Source: Eledone cirrhosa
Taxonomy: Eukaryota
Reading direction: 5' to 3'
Assembly (NCBI GenBank): GCA_964016885.1
Contig: OZ024746.1
Coordinates: 91,760,001-91,824,000, forward strand
DNA length: 64,000 bases
Part shown: one piece after another, positions 41,301-55,650 of the stretch
Layout of the letters: each line of letters opens with the position of its first letter
Position numbering within the stretch: the first letter of the stretch is position 1
Notes under the pieces: generated by a model
Database searches by the model: none
Told to the model about the DNA's origin: nothing
What the model saw: the letters and a program-made list of their open reading frames with translations, nothing else
Position numbers and translations under genes: made by a program

Positions 41301-41468
41301 TGTTTCTACTCTAGGCACAAGGCCAGCAATTATTGGTACTCTATTTTATCGACCCCGTAAGGATGAAAGGCAAAGTTAACCTCGGCGGGATTTGAACTCA
41401 GAATGGCAAGGGCCGTAACTCTATGCGTCAAAGCATGGCGTCCGACACCTCTACCAATACTGCTAATC
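41298..41468 (-). mobile_element. tRNA-derived SINE
   Basis: Reverse complement of the 14751 family. Its tail merges with the (TAA)n of the Dong-like element. Confidence 0.85.
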
Positions 41469-42013
41469 CTCTGAAAGGAACTACTATAAATATTGCTTTC
41501 ATTTTGTTTATGCATAAAATATTTTTATTAGCCCCCCGACTTAGAAGTTAAATATAGAAATATAGCAATATTCCACTAAATAGTTATAATAACGTAAATC
41601 AATACCCTGGAGGAGGAGGAGAGACTACGTTAGTTGCAAGTCTTAACAAGTAATTGGTCTACTCTTTGAATTTCTTATTTTATTGGATTCAATGCAGCCA
41701 AGAATTACGAAGAAGGGGCTATACTTTGTCAAAAGGTAGAAGATTCAGTTATTAATATCACCAAGATATGATTCATACAATTTATTCTTTTTCAGTAGTT
41801 TTTTTCTGTACATTGAAAAACCGCGAATAAGCACAGCATTAATGTCGTTCTTTAATGAAATCATTGGCAAATAAGAGGAATCAGGGCAGTGTACGGCAAT
41901 AAATTTCTAGCTGTCGATCGTGAGATTTATAATTAAACGTCAGAAAATGCCTTACACACACTTTTCAGACATCTACCACTTATATATACACTTTATATAC
42001 ACCTACCACCTAT

Positions 42014-42047
<34 letters not shown>

Positions 42048-42641
42048 ACGTTTAACGTCTATCTTCCACGCTAGGATGGGTTTAGACGGGAATTGTCCTA
42101 CTTGAGGCAAGATTGGTTGGAAGACCGTGTCTCGCTCGTCTAGGGCTGTCTGGCAGGTTTTCTACGGCTGGATGCCCTTCCTAACACCAACCATGTTTAC
42201 AGTGTGGAACTGGGAGGTTTATACCGTGTTACCTACACGGCCACATTACAGCGTGAACCGTGTGTTTTTTTGTCGTGACACATACACGACCTCATTTATT
42301 TTAGACTGGATGCTGTGGTACCAACATAACTTTACAAAGAAAAGGTGGTGTTGGTGGGAGTGGGGATGGGGTGTAGTAGGGGTAGTGGGATGGGGTATAT
42401 ATTTGGTTAAGAAGTGCCTACTGACTGTAGGTTTCGCTTTGTACATAGGCAAGACGGATCTTCTGTATTACTGCGTAGCGCCAAAGATCTCGGTCCAGCG
42501 ACATTGTCTTAGAGAGGTGTAAGTGTGTGAGGTCGGAATTTATCAAATTGTTCCAGGTTTTTCTGCGTCTACCTACTCCGTAACTTCCATCAATTTTGAT
42601 CGCCCTGCACTTTTTTATACAACTGTCGTCTTTCATGCGCA
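42014..42641 (-). mobile_element. RTE 3' fragment (same subfamily as 9098-11052)
   Basis: MRMKDDSCIKKCRAIKIDG...RYAVIQK, collinear with 9098-9670. Confidence 0.88.
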
Positions 42642-42969
42642 TTCCAGACATCTACCGCCAATATATACACTTTATATACACCCACCACCTATATATATAT
42701 TTCTAGACATCTACCACCTATATATATACACTTTATATATACCTACCACCTATATATACACTTTATATACACCTATTGCCCACATATATACTTGTTCCGC
42801 CGAGCACTAATACAGAACATATAGTCTAAATATGATATCCTAAACTCTTTTATCAGAACAAATACAATCTCTACAGGTGAACAGTTGTTTCATTCATAAC
42901 TAGGACTGGTAGAATCGTAGGAGCTCTGTAGCGCCATATTGCATATCTTTGGTATTTTAAACCTAGCCG

Positions 42970-43175
42970 AGCACGTCTCCTCGAGAGAGAGAGGCGCAGG
43001 AGGGGATGCCAGCGCAAAAAGTGGTTGGACAATGTCAAAGAATGGACACAAATGACGACACCAGATTTGTTGACAGCCGCCGTTGATTGACTGTTGATAG
43101 GAGTATGTGCTGCTTCTGCAGTAGGATCTCCCTGACGATTACAGAAGTCAATAGACTGATGATGATGATGATGAT
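42970..43175 (+). pseudogene. RTE-like 3' end fragment
   Basis: ERRRRGCQRKKWLDNVKEWT followed by a (GAT)n tail. Confidence 0.65.
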
Positions 43176-43928
43176 ATAGCTGAACCATCACGTCACATAC
43201 CCAACTCGCTAAGCTCAGCTATGCCATCCACCACATCTAGGTATTGTCTTCCCGATCCCTACAAACACTTCCCTAATTATTCCTTCCAAATGTTGCCACC
43301 ATTTGCAATTCACACAACAAACGTTATTTTTTCTCTTTCCTAACATTAGCGTTAACCTATAGAAGTTCAAACTGAATATAAATGATATCGATCTTTGGCC
43401 AGAGTGGTGCTGAGTATGTGACAGCCACCCACTTCTTCTAGAATGAATTGATGATGATTATAATAAAAACTAGCAACAGCAATAAAAGACATGTGAAATA
43501 TTAGCCCTGTATTTCACAATGATATAAAAAAAACGACCATATAAACTGCATAAGTTAACAATTCTCTATTTGGACATGTCCTATTGAAAATAATGCCTGG
43601 ACCTGTCAAACGGCTAACATAACCTTACTCATCGAAACTTCACAAGGTAACAACAACAGCAATAATTCTATTCATTTCCACAACAGACAGAAATAAAGAG
43701 AACATTATAATACAGCTTAATACAATGGAGTAACAAACAGAGAGACTCGCTGTAACAAAGAAACTGGATGCACGCGCGTGTGTGTGTGTATATATACACA
43801 CGTGTGTGTGTGTGTGTTCTTAAGTTTTTGTATGTATATATGGATATCCATTTTTTAAATGTATATATAGACAAATATGCACATACATGTATAAGTACAA
43901 GCGTAATATACACACATACACACATATT

Positions 43929-43992
<64 letters not shown>

Positions 43993-44257
43993 CGTGTGCG
44001 TGTGCGTGTTTATATATATATATATATCAAAGGTAAAACTATATATACAAAGCTCAGAGAATTATATATGCTAGTATATAATTGCCACGTAGTTTAGGAA
44101 TTAGCTCAATATGTTTATATATTGTTGGTCTGAAGAAAAGGTAGATTTTTTTAGGGAGAAAAGTTGGAAAGACAGAGCAAATATAATCAAATACATAGGT
44201 GGAAGGATTAGCTTTTAAATCATTTTCCGTACATGTTTCAAGTTATACATAAGATAA

Positions 44258-44435
44258 TTATTTCTACTTTTTGGCACAAGGCCAGCAATTATCCCAGTGC
44301 ATTGCTGGTACTTTATTTTATCGACCCCGTAAGGATGAAAGGCAAAGTTAACCTCGGCGGGATTTGAACTCAGACCATAAAGGGCCGTAACTCTTTGCTG
44401 CAAAGTATGGCGTCCGACTCTCTACTGATACTGCC
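44258..44435 (-). mobile_element. tRNA-derived SINE
   Basis: Reverse complement of the 14751 family. Confidence 0.85.
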
Positions 44436-44887
44436 GTTATAATTAAATAATTGTTTCTAATGTTAGGTGAACATTCATCTAATCAATATTTATACATACA
44501 ACATTATATATAGGTATTTGAACTTCTCTATCTTCGGAGGATTAAAACAAACATTCATTTGATGTAGAATATATAAGAAATTCAATTCTCACCCGAGTGA
44601 TTCGTTATACCAGTGGGTGGACTTGAGATGTTCCCAGAGGCGTGACTAGGGTATGGCAAGCGTGGCACGTACCAGGGGTTCCACATGAAGGGGGCGCCAC
44701 TTGGACTAGGAGCAGGTACCTTGGGCGCGACATGAAGGGGCCACTACTTGGAGCAGGTTCTATTAAAGTCAAATAAGCTTCGTCAGCGAGTGAAAAAAGA
44801 AACTCTCATCAGATGTATGATCCGTCTTTGATTACCATGGGTGAGAACACTATGGTGGCTGGATCATTAAATCATTTATATAAATTA

Positions 44888-45712
44888 CTAGCAGTGGTAC
44901 CCGGCGTTGCACGGGATAAGGTATTTTGGAACGCGAGCCGCCAACAGACATAATCGTGGAAAAACTGCATACCTGGACAATATGTAAAGAAAATAAACCG
45001 AATACTCTGATGGCTGGATAATCTTTAAGATTTTCCTCGATGAAGCAGGAAAAATGAAGATTTTCACCTAATGCGGGCCCTAGGGGATCAAGAAAATGAA
45101 TTTTTTTATGTGCATAATATGCCTTTAAATTTCGGGAAAAATTGGCTAGACGTAACGCCTCAAAAAAGCCCTAAAAAGCTGAAAAAAATGAAGTTTTTCA
45201 CCTAATGCGGGCCCTAGGCCATAAAAAAGTTGGATTTTCTTTGCTCACGGTATGCAGAAGAGACTGACTAATACATAGTTACAATTTCAAGGAAATCGGT
45301 CTGACGTAACGCCTAAAAAAAGCCTAAAAATCTGAAAAAAGCTGCTTGCCATAGGGGCTATTTCCCCTAGTTATGCCTCGGGACAGGGTCACAATTTCAC
45401 TGCTTGCCATAGGTACTATTTCCCCTAGTTATGCCTCTGGACAGGGATCACAATTTCACTGCTTGCCATAGGTGCTATTTCCCCTAGTTATACCTCTGGA
45501 CAGGGGTCACAATTTCACTGCTTGCCATAGGTGCTATTTCCCCTAGTTATGCCTCTGGACTGGGGTCACAATTTCACTGCTTGCCATAGGTGCTATTTTC
45601 ACTAGTTTAAACCTGGCCTAGTTACACCTTTGGATGTCCCCCTAGTAAATGAAGTCCTAGTGTACTAATTATTGGTGTCATTGGTCTATTTGTACAATTC
45701 ATTTTTTAAAGA
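44888..45712 (-). mobile_element. Non-autonomous Helitron-like element with internal 59-bp tandem repeats (45343-45600)
   Basis: Minus-strand 3' end: hairpin cccgtgcaacgccggg then CTAG|T. Candidate A|TC 5' end at 45712 (uncertain). Confidence 0.6.
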
Positions 45713-47789
45713 TAATAGTGCAAGGAAGAGTTAGTGTGTTGTATATTTGACTATTTCTGAACCATCGTCTGAAATTAATTCTTTTGTGATATTTTTCTTG
45801 AACTAATTTCAGCCATTAGGATGAGATTATGCTGGAACACCGCTTTGATTAGTCAATCATATCGATTCCAATGTTTAGATTTTAATGTCTGCTACTTATT
45901 TTAGCAATCTCATTTGTTGTCGGACATAAACACAGACTAATAGAATTATCTTAATAATTGAAAAAAAAAAATGTTTCGTTTAAACAAATAGCGATGTCCT
46001 AATGTGTTATTAATGTCAGGTTACACTCCATGTATTAAGACGCGAACATCTTCGGCAAAGACATGACAACCTTCTCGGCATAGCGAAAATTAAACCTTAC
46101 ATACACACACTCGCGAATGTATGTAAACTACTCAACCACACCTGTGTCGGATGTTTGTTTGAAATAGTTAAGTAGAGGATGAAGTTCTAAGTACCAACAG
46201 ACTGTAGTTTAGTGTGTATCTCAAACTTAATATGTTGGGGATAAGATATTAAATAGCTACTTCTTCGACGAGGTCGATACACAACTACCAGTCTAGTATC
46301 GGGATTGGTTCTTCCTCTACATCTTTCTCACCTCCTCTCTTTATCACTCTCTCTTTCCTGCACTGGAAGAAATGTGCTGTATTCAGATCTGGAGAGGAGA
46401 TGGGCTCCACCAAATTAAAAAAAAAAGCCATAAAAACGTTGTATGTCAATATGGCGCCCATACGACTCCACACGGAGTTACGGGACCTTACCACACATAA
46501 TCAAATGAAATGATCCTCACAGCTTTTTTTTTCAGATTGACTTGACTTGCTGAAATAAGCCATCTCACATCATCTAGAATAAAGGTACATGGCTTAATTG
46601 TTAAAGTGTTTGGTTGGCCATCATGAATTTGGTTGACAGCGACATATTATCTCCTTGAGGAAGACATTTTATTTCACGTTACTCCAATCCACTCATCTGC
46701 ACAGTCGTACCAGTAATTCGAAGGGCCAGCCTTGTCACGTTGAATCTCCCTGATAATTACGTCAATGATACACGTGTCTGTGAAATGCTCAGCCACTTAA
46801 TTTCACGAGCAAACTATTTCGTTGTTCAAACAACTGGAACTCTCCTCTTTTTGGTATTGACGTACACACACATACGTACATACACATGTACATACACACA
46901 CACACACACACATACGCGTACACACACACACACACGTACACACACACACGTATATACACACACACGTACATACACACACATACACACGTACATACACATG
47001 TACATACACACACACACGTACATACATAGGTACACACACACGTACACACACACATACATACACACGTATACACACACACGTATACACACACGTACATATA
47101 CATGCACACACACACGTACACACGTACATGCACACGTACATGCACACGTACATACACACGTACACACACACGCGTACACACATACACGTACACACACGTA
47201 CATTCACACGTATACACACACGTACATACACACACGTACATACACATGTATACACGTACATACACACGTACACGCACACACGTACATACACACGTACACG
47301 CACAAGTATACACACACGTACACGCACAAGTATACACACACGTACATATACATGTATACACACACATACACACACACGTACATACACACGTATACACACA
47401 CACTCGTACACAGACACACACGTATGCATACACGCACATACACAGACACACACATACGTACATACACACACGTATACACACACACGTACACAGACACACG
47501 CACACATGTAGTGACACACATACGTACACACACATACTCGTATACACAGACACATAAACACACACGTACACACACACACACACACACACACATAAAATAT
47601 TGCTTCAAGAACTATATTTCGATTGTCGGAGAAAAAGAAAAAAAGGATAAAGCAAGGAGAAGGGGAGGGACAGTGACTACACCTATGTGTGGGTGAGACC
47701 AGCTCAGTGTGGGTGAGACCAGCCCAGTGTGGGTGAGACTAGCTAAGTGTGGGTGAAACCAGCCCAGTGTGTGTGAGACCAGCCATTTT

Positions 47790-48190
47790 GCTCGACCTCG
47801 ACCCCTGGGTTTCCTTCTGCTGGGTTTTGCCCGCAAGCTCTGTCCAGCGGTTCTTTCCTGAGACATCCTAATCTTCTTCTTCTTCTTCTTCTTCTTCTTC
47901 TTCTTCTTGAGAGCGTCGTGGTGGCAGAGTCCTCAAACACCCTTTCCAGTGGGTCCTGTCAGAAGCAACCATCTCCATTTGATCCGGCCGGATCCCCAAG
48001 TGAGATCAGTTAACCTCATGAATGTTATCCAACCATCTTCCCTTGGGTCTCCTGCCGGTTGGTTTTGCCGATAAAATCTGTCCAGTAATTCTTTCCTGAG
48101 ACATTCTACCCACATGTCCGTAATATCGGAGCTGTGATCTCCCAATTCAGAGAAGTAACGGCTCTACTTGGAGTGACTCTCTGATCCCCG
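47790..48190 (-). pseudogene. Two tandem RTE-like 3' fragments with an (AAG)n tail
   Basis: SQLRYYGHVGRMSQERITGQILSAKPTGRRPKGRW and MSQERTAGQSLRAKPSRRKPRGR. Confidence 0.7.
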
Positions 48191-48780
48191 ATCATGTTTT
48201 ATTAATGACAGGGTGCAAACCTGAAATCATTCTTGGCGTGGCAAGAATTAAACTTAAAATAAAATTAAACAGGTTTACATATATATTGCAGCCACTGTCT
48301 TTATTACATAGGGGTAAAAGAGGTGGTGGTGTGTAGTAAGTACCCAGGAGGGAGTTAAGACACGTGGCCTTGTCGACAGGATGTTGAACTCACTATAAGG
48401 TGATGAGTTCGATTCCTGGACCGGGCGGCACGTTGTCTTGTTTGGCAAATTACTTTATTTCATGTTACACTTTCTGTTACAAGTTACAATGGGCAGCTAG
48501 TATCAGAAATGGAAAGACTAATGGAAAGATTGTTTTCTTGGTCAATTCTAGCAATCTGCTCCATTCCTTGAGAAATACTAATCTCGTCCGAGATATTATA
48601 TGACTCAATAAAAAGGCGGAATTGCTGCCATTGTTGTTTGATCAGAAATCTGCCTAAGCAGAACTAACTAGAGATCAACAACTATTAAGTCAGACACACG
48701 TTAACAGTAAACCACACACAATACATGAAAACCACATGTATAGACAATACAGAGACTATGTGTGTGTGTGTATATATATA

Positions 48781-48990
48781 TGTAGGAGGTGAGTTTTATT
48801 GTAGTACAATAAAGCAATGCAGATATCAACAAATGTTGATTTAAAACTTCACTATTCACAAGTGTTTTTTAACCTTCATATCATGTATGCCTATTTTATC
48901 TGACGAAAACGCAAATGTCATCTCATGATGATATTTGTTTTGGAAATGCGCATAATAAAATACATGGAACTCTTTTAACCATCTTTTGAT

Positions 48991-48995
<5 letters not shown>
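48781..48995. mobile_element. Family A element in (TA)n: inverted 3' terminus + HHR at 48892-48962 (+)
   Basis: tattttat-CTGACGA-aaacgcaaatgtcatc-tcat-gatgatatttgttttg-GAAA-tgcgca-TA-ataaaata. Confidence 0.88.
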
Positions 48996-49031
<36 letters not shown>

Positions 49032-49036
49032 AAAAA

Positions 49037-49123
49037 GAAACATTAGTGTCTGCAGTTCTGTTCCCATGCCAACAAGAACAAACGAATCGAATGTTATTAT
49101 TAATATTCGAAAAACTCAGATTC
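49037..49123 (+). mobile_element. Fragment of the 16.1-kb HHR family (3' half of HHR), between TA runs
   Basis: GAAA-cattagtg-TC-tgcagttctgtt...aacgaatcgaatgttattattaatattcgaaaaactcagatt. Confidence 0.75.
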
Positions 49124-49135
49124 TATATATATATA

Positions 49136-49175
<40 letters not shown>

Positions 49176-49179
49176 AATA

Positions 49180-49229
<50 letters not shown>

Positions 49230-49231
<2 letters not shown>

Positions 49232-49380
49232 CAAAGGAATTGTGGTAAGGAACCAGACGTACTCAATACTTAGGGTAGTAGAGTGGGAAATAGAAAAAAG
49301 TATGATCCCGACGACAGAGCTCAAGCCGTTTCGACGGCTATTTCCAGCTTGAGCTCTGCCGTTGGGGTCATACTTTTTCC
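49230..49380. mobile_element. Family D fold-back element in (TA)n
   Basis: aaaaagtatgatcccgacgacagagctcaagc / gcttgagctctgccgttggggtcatacttttt. Confidence 0.85.
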
Positions 49381-49499
49381 TATATATATATATATATATA
49401 TATGAATATTCGTAACATTTGAGTATTCTCAGCGAGAAAGGTAGCCGTTACCAGCTGTAGACTACTTGAATAGTAAACTTTTGGGAGTTATAGAGAGAT

Positions 49500-49567
<68 letters not shown>

Positions 49568-49598
49568 GGAGAGAGGGATGGAGAGAGAGATAGAGAGA

Positions 49599-49674
<76 letters not shown>

Positions 49675-50227
49675 CTACCCTATTTTTCCATTTTTCAATA
49701 TACTACTGATTTTGATATCAGTATAGATTACTGGGCCAAATCAAGTTATGTTAGAATCTTTTAAAACATCTTTAAAAATACTCGTACGAATTAAATACAA
49801 AAAAGTTTGAGTCCAAAACAAAAGCAAGCTATTTCACATTATATATTTTTGAAAAATAGACGTGAATGTTCTCAAAGATTTGATCTGAGTCGAAAAAGCT
49901 TCTTTTTTTAAATTCTATATTTCACTGTTAGCTGTTGTAATATTTTGAGTGGATAGACAATTCTACAATTCAAACTGTAAAGTCAAAATACAAAAGATGC
50001 ATAATATGAAGAATTTCCTACCTTTCTTTTGAATCACAAACTCAAGGGAAAAATAGTACCTTGCAAAATAAAGTGCCTCGATCACAAACTTAGTTGCAAC
50101 GAATGAATTGAGATGCTTAGTGTGTAACTATGTGTGTATATATATATACACACACAAGTTTGTTTGTGTGTGTGTGTGTTAGTGCGCGCGCGTGCATGTA
50201 TGTATGTGTGTATCTATCTATCTATAT

Positions 50228-50290
<63 letters not shown>

Positions 50291-50337
50291 CACACATACA
50301 TACATGCACGCGCGCGCACTAACACACACAAACAAAC

Positions 50338-50375
<38 letters not shown>

Positions 50376-50471
50376 CTTGTTTTTGGTACAGAAAGAATTT
50401 TGTCTCCAGTTTTTATTGCCGGGTCAGAGGCCACTATTCTTTTCAACAACGTCAAATAACAACGCCTTATA

Positions 50472-50615
<144 letters not shown>

Positions 50616-50672
50616 ACGAGTGAGAGACAGAGAGAGTAAGAAATGTGTATGTGCGTGTGTGTTTGGTACACG

Positions 50673-50719
<47 letters not shown>

Positions 50720-50815
50720 CTCCAACAGGGGGCTCAATCATGCGGCCCGCGAACTACTTTTCTATGGCCCGTGGTAGAACCAATATTTCAGATTCCATTA
50801 TAACTGGTGAAAATA

Positions 50816-51034
50816 AGGCGGTGAGCTGGTGGAATTGTTAGCGCATCTGGCGAAATGCTTAGCGGTACTTATGCCGTTTTTACGTTCCGAGTTCAAATTG
50901 CGCCAATCTCAACTTTGCCTTTCATCCTTTTGGGGTCGATAAATTAAGTAGCAGTTGTGAACTGGGATCGATGTAATCAACGGGACCCTAAACCCTAAAT
51001 TTCATGCCTTGTGCCTATAGTAGAAATGATTATA
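50816..51034 (+). mobile_element. tRNA-derived SINE (related subfamily)
   Basis: ggcggtgagctggtggaattg...gagttcaaat...ctttcatccttttggggtcgataaattaagta. Confidence 0.8.
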
Positions 51035-51400
51035 ATTGGTGAAAACCATCACCCACCACCACGTTTAGCCCAGTGCTTCTCCTCCAGGACGTAATGGCCC
51101 TTTTATGTCCTTGAGTTTGAGATCCCTCTTCTACATACACACACACACACTCATATATATATATATATACACTTTACTTTTTTTCTCTCTCTGGACTACA
51201 CCCATGCTGGAGCATCACCTTGGTAAGTTATGGGGACGTCAACAAACCAACAGTGGGAGGGCAAACACAAATGCAAAGACACACACAGACATATATACAT
51301 ATATACGACGCGCTTCTTTTAGTTTCGGTCTATCAAATCCACTCACAGTGGGACTGAACCCGGAAATATGTGGTTGGGAAGCAAGCTTCTTGTCACACTG

Positions 51401-51463
<63 letters not shown>

Positions 51464-51465
<2 letters not shown>

Positions 51466-51627
51466 CGAAGGAAATGTGGTAAGCAACCAGGTGGACCATA
51501 ACGCACCAAAGTACTCAATACTTAGGGTAGTAGAGTGGGTAATAGGAACGAGTAGGACCCCGACGGCTGAGCTCAAGCCGTTTCGACGGCTAATTCTGGA
51601 CTCAGTCCAGAATTAGCCGTCGAAACG
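51464..51627 (-). mobile_element. Family D terminus abutting the 3' side of the Penelope-like element
   Basis: Palindrome gtttcgacggctaattctggactcagtccagaattagccgtcgaaac, with (TA)n on the left. Confidence 0.85.
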
Positions 51628-53380
51628 AAAATTTCTTTAAGTCGTTTGGAAGCCTCGACAATGCAGATGGGTAAATCTCCGGGTAACAAGATCCGGTGGT
51701 GGAGAGAGAGATATAAGTGGGTGTACGTTGAGATGCGTGGCGTGTATAAGACTGTAACGTGTAGAGGAATGAAGCAAAGAGCGTAAAGGATAAAAATAAA
51801 AATAACAACACGAGAAAGAGTTATCTTGGGAGAGATTTAATTGTCCCTATATATTTCGGATTCACATCCATCAACTGGGTTTTTTTCCGGGGGAGATTGT
51901 CTGTCGGAAAGGTGCAAAACATGTCCTCCGCTGTTCGTTGTTTTGAATATCTGCGGTATTCAGCAGAGCGCGCGTGCGCGTGAAATGGGGTCGGTCAGGC
52001 AGAGGCCAGCGGCCGAAGTAGTTCTTTCAATTGTGGGAGTGGGGTGGCGCTAGCTGTCAGTCCATTCTCTGCCTGTTTGGTGAATGTTACTGTGTGTGTG
52101 TGTGTGCGTGTGTTGTTGTCTCGTTTGAGTGTGTGTGCGTGTGTTGTTACCTTGTTCCTCTGTATTGGCAGTGTAGTATGTTCGTATGGTGGAATGCTAC
52201 TGTGTGTGTGTGTGCGTGTGTTGCTGTCTCGCTTGTGTGTGTGTGTGCGTGTGTTGCTGCATCGTTTGTTAACTTAAACCAACCACCCCATTTCGCTTCT
52301 CTCGGATCGGTTGTTTAGTTGTGGCCCTAGGCGTTTGATCCAAAGTGCTTCCTTGATACGTAACGTGCCGACGTTTCTTTCTGTCGCTAGAATTGTGAGA
52401 ATGGGTCTTCCGTCTTTGTTTCCGCATTTGGCTATGTGTTTCCGGAAAGACGAGGCCCTGGTTTTAGTGTGTTCCTTGATCCGGATGTGCAACGGCCGGA
52501 TTGTGCTACCTATATAGTATTGGTTGCACTTGTTACATTCTATCTTATACACGACGTATGTGCGTAGGCAACAGTTCGCATGGCGCACCGGGTTGTCTCT
52601 GAGGGAGTACGCGTCAGTTGAATTCCCAGGTTTCCTGGAGAGGCATCTTCGCAGGAGGGGCCCGAGTGCGCCAGGTGGATGTCGAGGCCTTCCCTCCGTA
52701 TAGCCTTGCGGATAGCGTTGGTGGTATTCTCACCCAGGTGTGGCATTTTAAGGAAGCACTTACCTTGGGTGCCTCTCTGTCTCTTGTGTCTGGTGTCTCT
52801 TACTCTGTCTGTGAGCGAGGTAGGGTACCCGTTCGTCTCCAGCACCTCGATGAATCGCTTGGTATGAGTGACACCACTCGCGGGATCGCTGCATCTGTTT
52901 TTGATTCGCGCGATCTCGTTCGTGATGTATCCTCTTTTGGCACTGTTAGGGAGGGCGGACTTGTAGTGGACGAACAGGTCCCTGCAGGCTGCCTTTCGGT
53001 AGAAGTTGCAGTGGATCCCTCCCTGTTCCGTGATGTTGATTCGGAAGTCGAGGCGGGCAAGTGACCCGTCGTCGTTGGGGTGTTCAATACTGAAGTCAAT
53101 GTTCTTGTCCGTGTTGTTGAACGTCTCGTAGATTCTATTCGCCATGTCTTGGTAAGATGTGAGGATGAGGATATCGTTCACGTACCTTGAGAAAAAGGCG
53201 ACGGCGTTGGGGTGGCAGGCGTTGAGTGCCTTGCGCTCGAGGCTGTCCATGTAAGAGATCGCTAGCACACCCGACAGGCTTGATCCCATGAGCAGTCCCG
53301 AGGTTTGTTGGTATGTTTGGTCAAGGAATCCGAAGTAGGTGTTGTCGACGACGATGGATAGGAGTTGGTGGATGTCAGTG

Positions 53381-53383
<3 letters not shown>
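51628..53383 (-). mobile_element. 5'-truncated Penelope-like element (RT + C-terminal GIY-YIG endonuclease), frameshifted
   Basis: QTSGLLMGSSLSGVLA, SRYVND (YVDD position), LDFRI, FYRK, HYKSALP, TNGYP; then VVYKIECNKCNQYYIGSTIRPLHIRIKEH...KEALWIKRLGPQLN (52274-52588). 5' end abuts (TA)n. Confidence 0.93.
51845..51879 (-). ncRNA. Degenerate hammerhead in the 3' region of the Penelope-like element
   Basis: Minus strand: cc-CAGTTGA-t-ggat-gtga-atcc-GAAA-tata-TA-gg. Two substitutions in the core. Confidence 0.45.
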
Positions 53384-53427
<44 letters not shown>

Positions 53428-54071
53428 TAAAAAGGAAAAGAAAATGCTGACAAATTTTTCCCAGTGAAAAATAGTTTAATTAGGAATAAGTATAAATTAG
53501 TAATAAGTATTGGTTAGTATTCAATTTTAGTTTTAAGTTTTTACCAGTTGCGCATTTCTAATGCTTTTCAAAAATAATTTTGAGATAGAGCGCTCGTGAT
53601 GTTTGCTCTAGAGCTCGTGATGTTTGCTCTATATATAAATTAACGATTTTATTCATTATATACTATTTACAATTTACATGTAGGTAGGTCTCTCTAGATA
53701 TAGTGGTGGGGTCGCTGAGGGTATTACGTGGCTGTGGGGGTGGCAAAAGTTTGAGAATCTCTGCATTAGACTGTGTTAATAGTTTTAAAACCAACCCAAC
53801 TTAGTTCTAAAACTGGATTATATTCTAGACAGCGCTCTAAAATCACGTAGGGCACTAAAAAACGAAACCAAAAGCTATGGTAGAAGACACGTGGGATTGA
53901 ACCTTGACCGACGTGGTTGCAAAGTGAATTTCGTACCTACAACAGTGATACCAGTGCTTTTAGAAATGGAATATTGAGTAAGGCCAGAAAGTTGGTGTGA
54001 TTTATGAAGCTAGGCCCTGATAACTTCCTCTACACGAGAACGGTGATGATGACATTATAGGAAACATTCTG

Positions 54072-54129
<58 letters not shown>

Positions 54130-54139
54130 CTTACCGGTC

Positions 54140-54282
54140 GCAATCTTCAATTTGCGTAGCTGTCTAAACGTAATGTTACTCTAAGGTAAAATACCTTATT
54201 GAGTGCTTAGCAGTACATTCCGATTGCATTCGTTAGCTTAGCTGCAGCCAGAGCTTCGATTATGCTGTACTTCCATTTGTGT
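54140..54282 (+). repeat. Family G-related 3' terminus ending at a TA run (second copy at 55362-55503)
   Basis: tagctgtctaaacgtaatgtta..ctctaagg..ccttattgagtgctt..agcttcgatt; related to the reverse complement of 63873-64000. Confidence 0.7.
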
Positions 54283-54719
54283 ATATATATATATATTACT
54301 TAGAATGTAAATTAATTCTGAAATTAAAAGGCTGTCAGTTGAGAAAGTCTGTGCTCTGGCAATTATCCATTCATTATTTGTTCTTTATGTGAAATATATT
54401 CCGAGAGCAAATAATAAAAAGAAAAAAAGAAATGAAAAAAATAAGACAAATAAAATATAATAAAAGGAGACAAAAATAAAAAAAAGTGAAGCTTAGCTTT
54501 CATGTCTTTTACTGGTGCTTCTTTTATTTCCAATACCTTACTACTAGGAATCGTTTCAAGGCAAACTTTGGAAAAAACAGTTTAATTCCACCACTAAATT
54601 CTAAACATGCAAAGTTTCTATACTATTAACCATTCTCATTAGTATGGTGGACTAGAAGTATCTTTATTGTTTAACATTGAAGATAACGAAGTTCTGTAAC
54701 AAGATGAAGATCAGATCAT

Positions 54720-54783
<64 letters not shown>

Positions 54784-54792
54784 AATCTATAC

Positions 54793-54848
<56 letters not shown>

Positions 54849-55502
54849 ATAATCCATACATGCATTTATGTAATCTGCTATGCTTGAGCGAAAAATCAAC
54901 TTCTAATTATATATGTATATATGTATATATGTATATATGTATATATGTCTATATGTATATATGTCTATATGTATATATGTCTATATGTATATATGTATAT
55001 ATGTATAGATAATATTTATGCAGAACACGACATATAGAAGATTAACGATAAACGTAAAGTAAATACAACAGTCTTTGATATAGACGCCACCATGCTAGAA
55101 AATCGAATGAAGTACAAACACTCTTACTATTAGTAAAATATGAGATTATCTTTATGTGTTTCAGAGATCATTTTCTCTTCATCACAAGATAAATAATTCA
55201 ATGATTCTACTTTATATATATATATATGGATTTTGTTGATTTCGGATTTACAGAAACCAAGTGGAGATGTTATATAATATTATGTAATATATACACGATG
55301 TTCCAGGTAACTGTCAAACATTTCCCTGAGTCGGTTTTTTCGTTGTTCTGGTCCTAGGTGGCTTCAATTTGCATAGCTGTCTAAACGTAATGTTATAACT
55401 CTAAGGTAAAATTCCTTATTGAGTGCTTTTGGCTGCACCTCCCGACAGCATTCGTTAGCTTGCCCGCAACCAGAGCTTCGATTATGCTGTACTACCTTCT
55501 TG

Positions 55503-55597
<95 letters not shown>

Positions 55598-55650
55598 GTG
55601 TAGAATAATGAAATACAAAGTAGATTAGATGTTAAAATTCCTTTATTGAA

